A DNA stretch of 64,000 nt, from assembly GCF_009914755.1 (NCBI RefSeq), contig NC_060933.1; one strand, given 5' to 3'. Both the position numbers and the translations under genes were made by a program. The DNA comes from the human T2T-CHM13v2.0 reference genome, Homo sapiens. This document shows, piece after piece, positions 13,096 through 23,991 of the stretch. Positions within the stretch are counted from its first letter, which is position 1; each line of letters begins with the position of its first letter. Under the pieces are notes generated by a model. The model was not told the DNA's origin. It saw nothing but the letters and a program-made list of their open reading frames with translations, and ran no database searches.

Positions 13096-14798
13096 TGGAT
13101 GAGTTGAGTGTGTTGTTTTTTTGGGGAAAAGAAAAAAAAAAGACTGCCTCTCACATAAGACAAACTGAAACAGCAGACAGGATCCTGGGATACAGTACAG
13201 AACCATCTCCTGCCCAAGCAGTTGTCAACTGCTTTCCTCAAGTATTTTCTTTTTAAAAAAAAAATCAGACCTTTTCCAACCATGACGTTAGAGAATTCAG
13301 GAAAGCAGAAGAATGGGCTGAACATGGCCCATGTCTGGAAGCACCAAAACATTTATGTTCAGGAAAATTGGAGAGAAAAACAATTTCATAATGGGTATTA
13401 AGTTAATTAAATTTCATCTAGGCCTGAAATACATGAAAACAGAACAAAAACCCTCCCACTTTTTAGGTTTTTTTTTTTTTTCCCAGCTCTTTTACTTGGA
13501 CATCTTAAAATTATTCACAATTAAGTTTTTCTCATATAAGTCTTTGGAGGGTAACATCGTTTTCATTTAAAAATGGGAAATGGAAGCAGAAGAAAACTAG
13601 ATGATAAAGTTCTCAGTTCTTCACTGTGATTAACAGCTAAGCAGTGGCTAAAAGCTTGCATTTTTGGTGTTAGATTCCAAATCTACCACTAAATTTTCTT
13701 ATCAGTAAAATGGGGAAAAGAACAGTATTTATTTCACTCAGTTGTTGTGGAGATAAAACGAGAAAATATGTAAAGGGCTTGACACTTAGGAAGTATTCAA
13801 CAAGCAGTAGCCATTATTATTACCACAACTTTAAGATCACTATTGATAAGTTTAGAGGAAGAAACTTTTTATGAAGTGAATTACCTTTTGGGATCTGGGC
13901 ACTATGGAGAAAATATCAACTAACAATCTGCTTGGGGACTCTATCTCTGGAGGAGAAACAGACTACACTTGGGGCAGTAAGTCAGAGTTCTAAATGTTCT
14001 TGGACCATCCTTCATACAAATCTCTTAAGTGATGGTAGGGTGATCTCAACCTAAATCTTTTAATTATAAATTCCACTCTCATTTCACTATATTCTACTAC
14101 CTTACCATAGTGCTCACTTTAACTGGACCACAAGTTCAGTATAGTTTTCATTGTCTGAGACTTTAGGACTTTATTGGCTGTATCTTCAAGGATAATCTTC
14201 TGAAATGTGAGGCCAAATGCTTGGAGTTCAAGTTTCTTTAGTAGTCCCAGCAGACAGAGAAAGATTAAAAAAGAATGTAGCAACAACTGTGTGTCAATAG
14301 AAAATTATTTTAATTGAAATGATCTATTTTAATTATCAACAAGTGTGTGTCAATAGAAAATTATCTATTGACACACACTTCCTTCTTTCTACTAACCATG
14401 ACCTCTAAACTTCTCTTTCCATGCTTTAATAAATAAAAGGAGATTTCTTATTAAGGACAATATATTATCTTGGCAATTATAATCCTTTTATTGATAATAT
14501 AAACCCAGACAAATAGTCTATCTGTAATAATATATAATAAACATAATGGCCATGCCCTAAAATCAACAGCTTAAGTTATAACAAACTTAATAAAATAAAT
14601 GGTAAACAGAAAAACTGCTCCACCAACATAAGGCTAAGGCAAACACTTAACAATGTTATTTACTCCAGGGGGATTTTTATCTCCCTGCCTGCTTCCTTTT
14701 TCTTTGAACAAATGTTTTTGTATACCTACTATGTACTTGATACTGGGCTACTACAGTGAAGAAGGACACAATCTCTATTTTCAAAAGTGTGGTCTAAA

Positions 14799-15072
14799 GG
14801 CCAGGCTTGGTAGCTCATGCCTGTTGTCCCAGCACTCTGGGAGGGTAAAGTGGGATCGCTTGAGTCCAGGAGTTCGAGACCAGCCTGGGCAACATAGTGA
14901 GACCCTGAGTTAAAAAAAAAAAAAAAATTAGCTGGGTGTGGTGGTGCATACCTGTAGTCCCAGCTACTCGAGGGGCTGAGGTGGGAGGATCACTTGAGGC
15001 TACAGTGAGCTATGACTGCACCATTGCACTCCAGCCTGGGCAACAGAGCAAGACCCGGTCTCAAAAAGAAAA
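14799..15072 (+). mobile_element. AluJ
   Basis: Dimer with a small right-arm deletion; degenerate TSD aaaagtgt(g/a)gt(c/t)taa. Confidence 0.9.
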
Positions 15073-16646
15073 AGTGTAGTTTAATTATGGGAGGGGAGGG
15101 GACAGATGAGTCAAACTGATAAATATGTTATGTAATAAACATTATGATAGAGATATGCACAGGATACCAGGCAGACGCAGGGAAAGGGTATTCACTTTTT
15201 TTGTAGTTACAATAGTTTTCAGGAAATTGCTTTTCCATGCCTTCTTAAAAAAACTGATTTTGAATTCCATCTGTATCACTTTATCAACATCTTTTTTTTC
15301 CCTCAAAGATGACTAGGAATCAGTGACTGTCTTTTACTAGGTAAAATTTATACCATCAAATGGCACCAAAAATCTATTTAATCATGAATAAATATGCCAG
15401 TTTTGTAGACTTGGTCTTCCATAAGTTAATTTATGACCACTGATGGAATAACTCAGATTAATTATTGAAGAAGTTACAAAGTTCTCTCCAATCTGATTGG
15501 CTATAACAACTGAAATAAACAATCAGTCTCCCAAAGGGTTTTATTTGTTGACATGGCTCTTAATTACAGTGATACATTCTTTGCAATTACTTGCATTATT
15601 TCATTACAAAGTGAATGCATCGCCTTTAAGAAAAACTAGTCTTGCCCTAGGCCTGGTGCTATTTACCTACCTAGGACTAATTCTCAGTAAAGACAAAGAG
15701 GCAGAGTTTAGGCTTTTAAAATTCCACTGCTTCTTTCACAAGCAGCCTTCTGGAAGTCATCACTGAAGCTGTGTTCCTCCAGGCTTTTTTTGTTTATTGT
15801 CTCTCAACTTAAGTAAAGTACTGAAGTTAGACAAGGTTCTACATTTTGGTATCCATCTCTGGGATAGGGAAAATGATTCAGAAAATCAGATAGCCGGGGT
15901 TTGAAACAGGGCTGAAAATTTTAGAAACTGTGATTTTGCCATGTGAGCCGCAGTATCCTTATTGTGAAATGGTGAATAATGACTTTTTCCTTGTAGAGCT
16001 GTTACAGAATGCAATTAGATAATGTTTGTAAAGCACTTAAACTGTCTTTTGGCACAGGGAAAGCATTCAATAACCTCTATTTAATAAATTCCAGCAATAC
16101 CTTTCCTAGTAGCGTCAAATTTGTTAGGTTTACATTAAAAAAACACAGACTATGCAAAATTTTATTTGTATGTCTAATTTTTGAGAGGAAGTGGTGGTTT
16201 TCATTAGATCTTGAAAGATTTCTGTCTAAACAGTAGTTAAGTGTAGAACCAAGGAAAAAAACTGGAAGTTAAAAACTCATCTATGACCACTTGTCTGTAA
16301 ATAAACATTAAGTACAAAGATCATGTTGATTCTCAAAGAACTCCAAGCAGATTTGCCACTGCAGTTTCCCACCAGGAGGTCAGGGTATTGAGGAATGCAT
16401 GCTAATACCCACCTTTTTATCTAGGAAAAGACAACTAACTATCGAAGAGGCAGTTACCACCCATTTTTTCCCTATTCAAGTTTTAGAATCAGTCAAATCT
16501 AGATTTAAATACAAACTAAGTGACTTTAAGTAATTTAACTTCTTTGACTATCAGTTTCATCAAGTATAATATGGGGATAAGAATACCTACCACATCATCT
16601 GTTGTGAAGATTCAATAAAATAATATATACATAAAATACGTGGCAC

Positions 16647-16955
<309 letters not shown>

Positions 16956-17699
16956 CTATTTAGTTTCAATTTTTGTTGTTGTGGTTGCCATTATTCTCAT
17001 CAACTCCTCCCTGTTACACTCTCCATTTGGGAAGATAACCTGCAACGTTATTAGTAGACAAAAAGTGAGGAATAAAGATTTCTGTAATTCCTTTGATGCT
17101 CCTGGGAAGGAACTGAACACAGGGATCCCTGGACAAGGGAAATGGAACTTATAGCTAAGATGCTGTGGATAAAGCTGGCTTTACAAATAATCAGAATAGA
17201 TGACTCCAATGTCATGTTCTTTGCGGGGTCCTGGAAAGGACCACCCAGCCCTCTAAATTGCTTTCACTGCCATCCTGCCTGAAATTCCATCTTTAGAAAC
17301 ACTGTAATTCCTCTGGATCACTAAGAGCTCCTGAGTGGGTACCAGGACTCCTGAGAGGTCCACCATCTCTCTTTATTGGAACCCCCTCCCCAGAGTACCA
17401 GTTCCTCCACAGGGGAACGAGACTGAGCCACTTACAGCTCCTGCCTTGAAGACTGGGAAGGGAGGGTGGGGGTGAGGGTGGGAGAACTCAGGGTTCCTGG
17501 CGAGGAACAAAAGCCGGGAAGGAGAGTTCTCCAAAACGCAGAGGAAAGCGGAGGGGGAAAAATGGGGCAGAAAGTGGAGCTAGAAAGAGAGGTAAGAAGA
17601 AAGCCAGAGAGACTTCTTCCTTCTGCAAATCGGTCTAAGTTTCGGGAGGTGGGATTGGGGGAGGAGGGGGTTCACCCTGGGGCCAGGCCAGGGCTGGGT

Positions 17700-18810
17700 G
17701 GAGGAGGCGGCCTTCGAGAGAGTGAGTCGGGAAAGAAGGGGAGTGGGCAAAGGGTGAGATGTGGGGTCCCGGTCCCCGCCTCGCTGGCTGCCAGTTCCCT
17801 CTGCGTTTCCTAGTCCGCGTGCGTGACACGAGATAGTGCAGCCCTGGCATGGGGCTTGGCATCTGGCGGCCGCGAGATAACCAGGGCCCGTGCGATGGGA
17901 AACGTGCCGTTGGCAGCCCGCCACCCCTCCATCGTGACCTCAGTCTGCCAAACAGGGTTCGTGATGCTCAGTTTACTAGGGAGGAGCCGCGGCTTTGAGA
18001 TCTCGCCCAGCCCGAAGCAGCGGAGACTGGCCAGGAGCCCGGCTGTCAGACCTCGGAGCGCACGCTGCGGGCGGGGGCTCGGTCCACGGGGGAGGGTCAG
18101 GGGACGCGGGACTCACCCTTGAAGGAGTCGGGGAGCCGCTGGGCTTCGGAGTCCCGTGTGTGCCGCTTCTCGGCCATGCTGCCCGAGACGCAGTCGCACT
18201 CCCCCGTCCTCGTTGCCAAACCCGGAGCCGCCGGGAATGCCCTGAGGAGCCAGAGGCACAAGACCCAGATTGCCGCCCCGCCCCCAATCGAGGTCCCGCC
18301 CTCGTGAGAGTTGGCCAATCAACGCCCAGGATCGAGGAGGACCCACCTCCCAATCCCCGCCCTCCTGTCCCTCCACGGCGCGACTGCTTCGCAGTCACTT
18401 CCCGCTAGTTCTGTGGGCTGAGGGGCGTGGCCTGAGGGGCGTGGCCTGAGGGGCGAGAGCCCCCAAGGCTGTGGGTATGAGGCCGGGGCCCTGCACCGGA
18501 AGGGAGGGCGGAAGCCACGGGACGTGGAGCAGATGGTGAGGATAGTGGGGAGGTAGCAGCAGAGGATGACCCGAGGCAAAAGTGCAAGTGAAGAAAAGTC
18601 GCCTTGCCGGGCAGAGGTACGGGACCAAGGCGCCTCCTCTGGGCTGAGGAGTTAGAGGGAAGAAAATGGCGCCCTGTCATGAGGGCGCGAGGTCCGAGTT
18701 GAGGGGAGAAGACTGAGGGACACAGAAGTGGCCGAAGTGAGGGCGCTGAGGTCAGCCTGAGCTGAGAGGGCCGGCAGATCACGCCGCAGCCGAAGTGAAC
18801 GAACTCGAGT
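17700..18810. promoter_or_regulatory. CpG island / TATA-less STOM promoter
   Basis: High GC and CpG density around exon 1; GC boxes (CCGCCCCGCCCC ~18273-18284); CCAAT at ~18284 and ~18315; GGGGCGTGGC twice; GGCGGAAG; AAAATGGCG. Confidence 0.9.
18117..18177 (-). CDS. STOM: Stomatin coding exon 1 (MAEKRHTRDSEAQRLPDSFK+G), 61 nt
   Basis: ATG at 18177 in context GGCAGCATGG; translation matches the human stomatin N-terminus; donor AAGG|GTGAGT with GT at 18116-18115. Confidence 0.98.
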
Positions 18811-18858
18811 GAGGTGTGTTAAGAAAATCAAAATGTATAAATTTGGAAAAGGAGAGGA

Positions 18859-19151
18859 GGCCGGGCGCGGTGGCTCACGCCTGTAATCCCAGCACGTTGG
18901 AAGGCCGAGGCGGGTAGATCATCTGAGGTTAGAAGTTCGAGACCAGCTTGGCCAACATGGTGAAACCCCGTCTCTGCTAAAAATACAAAAATTAGCCGGG
19001 CGTGTGGCGCGCGCCTGTAATCCCAGCTACTTGGGAGGCTGAGGCAGGAGAATCGCTTGAACTTGGGAGGCAGAGGTTGCAGTGAGCCGAGATGGCCTGG
19101 GTGACAGAGCGAGACTCCGTCTCAAAAAAACAAAACAAAAAACAAAAAAAC
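18859..19151 (+). mobile_element. AluS, CpG-rich
   Basis: TSD AGGAGAGGA at 18850-18858 and 19152-19160. Confidence 0.95.
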
Positions 19152-19434
19152 AGGAGAGGAGACTTTATTTCTTGTAAGGGGTTACAGCCTGCAAGGTGGC
19201 CATTCCGCAGGCTGGAGAATGGCCAGGACCAGAGACAGGCATTTCGTTGGAGGAGGGGTTGGAGTAGCGGCTTTATGCTGAACAGCTTGGGTAGACATGC
19301 ATATTCAGCAGGTGACAGGAGGAGCTATGAATATTCATGAGGGTGGTCCTGACGCATGCCCATTGAGCAAACATGCATGTAACATACAACCCATGTTCAT
19401 TTTGGAGTGAAGAGTTACCAATTAAATGTTAAAT

Positions 19435-19630
19435 GCCTGGCCTGCATGGTGACGTCCCCATCTCTACAAAAAGTAAAAAAAAAATAGCCAGGTGGGGTGG
19501 TGTGTGCTTGCGGTCCCAACTAGTCAGGAGGCTGGGGCAGGAGGATCACTTGAGCCCAAGAGTTGGAGGCTGCAGTGATGTATGATCAGATCACTGCACT
19601 CCAGCCTGATGGACTCTAAAAAATAATAAC
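19435..19630 (+). mobile_element. 5'-truncated AluJ
   Basis: End of left arm, linker and right arm. Confidence 0.8.
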
Positions 19631-20219
19631 AATACATGTATTACAGTTAGACCCCATGCGTCAAAAGGTCTTTTCAGGACAGGAAGGTGTGCAAGTATGC
19701 AGTCTGTGTAAACTAGCCAGAGCCAGTCCATGGTCGGTAGTTTTCCTATGAGGAGAAAGTTACTGAAATCAGCCTCTTGTCCAATTAAAGCTGTAATGAT
19801 GGCTGGTGGAATAGGGGTTCCATTAGGCCACATCTGGTGGAGCTGCAAATTGTTTTAATATTGCTTATCTCGAGGCCAGTGCTTGTTAAGCTGCTAGAGA
19901 AAGAGAACAACCTTGTGGCAGTTAGAACACAGTTTATTCTCTAAGTGAAGGGATGTGTGCCTTAACCTTTGCCTGGCATGACCTTAGGTATAATTTGTTT
20001 ATAATTTGGTATCTTATTGTCACAAACAGTCTGTTCTGTCAGTCTTATGATCTGTGTTTTAACGTTAATGCTGGTCAGCTGTTGTGTCTAAACTCCAATA
20101 CGATGAAGTTATAATGAGGCGAGTCTGACCTTCTGTCCTGTCATTGGCTGGGAACTCAGTTTTAAAGTTTTCTGGAGTCCCCTTGGCCACAAGGGAGTCC
20201 ATTCAGTCGGTGGGGTCAT

Positions 20220-20545
20220 TTATTCAAACAAAATCTTCTTGGAGCATCTTCCATGTGGCAGGGAGTGTGCTAAGGGCCTCGTGGAGTTTACCTTATACTC
20301 TAGTTGGGAGATGGGCCACAAACAAGTAATTGAATCATTACACATGGTGAAGGAAGCTGTGAAAGGAGTGGAATATTCGGAGAACAGCAAAGGTTAGGAC
20401 AGGGGAACACCTCTGTAAGGAAGGGGCTTTGAGATGTCGCCTGAGAAATGAGAAGGAGCCAGCCTGGGGAAGGGGAATAAGCGGTGCAGGAGGTGGGAAA
20501 GGGTATCCCAGGTAGAGGGAAAAGCATGTGCAAGGGCATTCCCAA
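20220..20545 (-). mobile_element. L2 remnant
   Basis: TTATTCAAAC..GAAGGAGCCAGCC..AGCATGTGCAAGGGC. Confidence 0.6.
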
Positions 20546-21977
20546 CCTCAGGCCTTCTCTTGGGGTGTGGCTGAAGACCTCATATTTGGAAAGTAGGCTG
20601 TGTTTGCATTAGACTTGTTCTATTGCACAATGTTCAAAGTATGTTAATGTACACAAGGTGCACTTATAAAAACATTCGATTTTGAAATAAGTACAGATTC
20701 ACAGGAATTTGCAACAACAGTACAGAGAGGTCACATGTCCCCTTTACCCAGTTTTCCCCAATAGTTACGTCTTACTTAACTAGAGTATCAAAACCAGGAA
20801 ATTGACAGTGGCACAAAATGTATTTATAGTTCTGTGCCATTTTAACATGTGTAGATTGATATAACCACAGTAATTGATACAGAACTATTCCATTACCACA
20901 AAGATCTCCCTCAGGAGGAGCACTTCTTTCTTAATGTGCTCAATATTTGGCTGTGTACTACCCAACACCTTGTGGTGCTTAGGTCATATGAAATGGTAGA
21001 CTTTCTCTCTGATTTTACAGCTCTGGAGCTTTGTGACTATCAGGACGGAAACGGGAGCAGACACAACAGGTGTTAAGAGAGGCATTAAGATGATCTTTGC
21101 TTGCAGGAACAGGCTCCAGTGTGTGATCAAAACCTGACTCAGAGCTTGCAGTTGACTTTTAGTCAAATACTGGCCAAGAACTGTTTGTATTCCTGGGATG
21201 GAGTGCAGCTTGTGCAGTCACTTTGTTAGCCTTCTGGAGAAGATAAGGAGGGGAGTACAGTAATTTAATGATCCCTTCTCTCTAAATCATCCTTGAGAAA
21301 GTCCATAGCTTCATTTTTCCATTCTGTAACGAATAAGCCCTGGAGACATAAACTTCCCGTTTATCCTGTCATTCCCAGGAAAGAGGAGCAAATACACAAG
21401 AAACTAATTAAACCCTTCGGTAGAGGAGGCCTTGATTACAAATTGCATATTGTGAAAAAGGATTTAGGTTTCATTTTTGTTGGAAAGGAAAATGGTATTT
21501 CAAAATGAATTTAATATGTGTACCCCTATCAGTTACCTAAGCCCAAGTCTCAAGACAATCTTAACAGTGTAGTGTCCCTTCTGGAGAATTAGAAGTGTCT
21601 CCCTTTGGGGTAAAGACTTTGGTAAACACTTCTTGGCTCTGGTTTCAGATTGCATCAGTTCTAAAACTAATTCCTGGCCCTAAACTAAGAACAAGCTTTG
21701 ACTTGATTTTTAAACTGCTTTTAGAATAGAGTTTCCAATTTTTTATTTAAATATGCTTACTCTCACTTGCCCATGAAATTGGTGTATTCTGGCTTTCTCG
21801 TGCATATTCTGTTATAAATGTATTGATTAAATGTACTTTAAAAATCAATTTCTCACTCTTAAGATTAGAAAAAAACAAATATTAGTACATCCCTTTCTCC
21901 TTTTGGAGGATTTTTAATCTTAAATTTTCTCCCAGTAATGATTAGAAGTTAGAATGATTTTTTTTAAAGAACCTTAT

Positions 21978-22348
<371 letters not shown>

Positions 22349-22445
22349 TTATCACCTCTAACAAAACTGCTATTACAATTTTGGTGAATTTTTCCTCTAG
22401 TTGTTATTTGAAGGATACTTATATATAGTTTGAAAATCAGAGTAG

Positions 22446-22770
<325 letters not shown>

Positions 22771-23568
22771 GTTCCATATTTCCTTTATGTTTTATTTTGC
22801 TGTTATTTGCCTAGCATATTCAAGGTACCAAATTAAGTATTGATTGATGGTAATAGTGATAACATTAAGACTTGGAGATCAGGTTAAAGACAGATATGCA
22901 CCATGAATCCGTAATTGAATAAGACAGAAGGAAATTTAATTAGCCTTTTTCCTGTGTCCATAGCAGTGCTTTAATAAGAACAACAGAAAAGTCTTTTTTT
23001 TTTCCTTTAAATTGCTAATCCAGGATGTTTTCGATGCTTTTATGGAAGTCAGCTAACTAAATACCTTGAGAGAACAGCAATACCATCAAATTACATCTGT
23101 CTGTGACATTTTCTCTAGGATGGGACTAACAAATTTGATCTGTTTTTTTTTAATATGTATTAATTCACACTTATTGCATTACAACAAGGTTTTTGTCTTC
23201 TTAGCTCTTCTCTTTTTCAGGAAATTACTCCAGGATTTGAATCATCACAAGAGATTCACCAGAGGATTTTATACACTTGGGCTGTGGCAGCAGACTAATT
23301 ACATCACAGCACTAGGTAAGATACCGGGAGTCCGGATCCTCAGGACTTATGAAAATAAAAAGCATTACTGTAATATTAGTGCTATTTATTGGAGTTATCT
23401 ATGAAAAGAATCTTATTAATCTGCTTTTTTATTAGCTCACTTAGCAAATATTTATTGCATACCAACTATGTGCCAGGCATTGTTCCAGGTGTTTGGGCCA
23501 CATCAGGGACCAAAAAAGACCAAAATTCCTGTCCTCGTGGATCTCACATTCTAGTATTCCTTTCCATA

Positions 23569-23991
23569 TGCATTAGCTTGCTAGGGTTTCCATAACAAAA
23601 TATGACAGACTGGGTAGCTTAAACAACAGGAATTAAATTTTTTTTTTTTTTTTTTTTACACTTCTAGAGGCTAGAAGTGCAAGAACAAGATGTTAGCAGG
23701 GTTGGTTTCTCCTAAGGACCATGAAGGAAGGATCTGTTCCAGGCCTCTGTCTTTGACTTGTAGATAAATGTCTTCTTCCTGTGTCTTCACATTGTTTTTT
23801 GTTTGTGTGTCCGTGTCCAAATTTCTTCTTCTTAGAAGGATACCAGTCATATTCAATTAGAGTCCATCCTAATGACTTCATTTTAACTTAATTACCTCTT
23901 TAAAGATCCTTTATCCCAAGATAGTCACATGCTGAGATATATGGTGTTAGGACTTCAACATGTGAATTTTGGGGGAACACAGCCCATAATA
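23569..23991 (-). mobile_element. MaLR LTR (MLT1B/C-like)
   Basis: CATAACAAAATA..GACTGGGTAGCTTAAACAAC..GGACTTCAACATGTGAATTTGGGGGAACACA. Confidence 0.85.

Larger units (their letters stand above)
18817..20217 (-). mobile_element. ERV1 MER4-group solo LTR (MER49-like), interrupted by two Alus
   Basis: Shares blocks (AATGCTGGTCAGCT..TATAATGAGGC..CCCTTGGCC..GTCCAT) with the LTR at 34.2-35.1 kb; subfamily from recall. Confidence 0.7.

Noticed and set aside
17466-18782. Many overlapping 60-140 aa ORFs on both strands
   Set aside because: Expected stop-codon scarcity in a GC-rich island; only the STOM exon 1 frame is recognisable
23066-23404. 112-aa ORF spanning the candidate exon
   Set aside because: Starts at TTG, crosses the splice signals and has no recognisable homology; the exon is treated as non-coding
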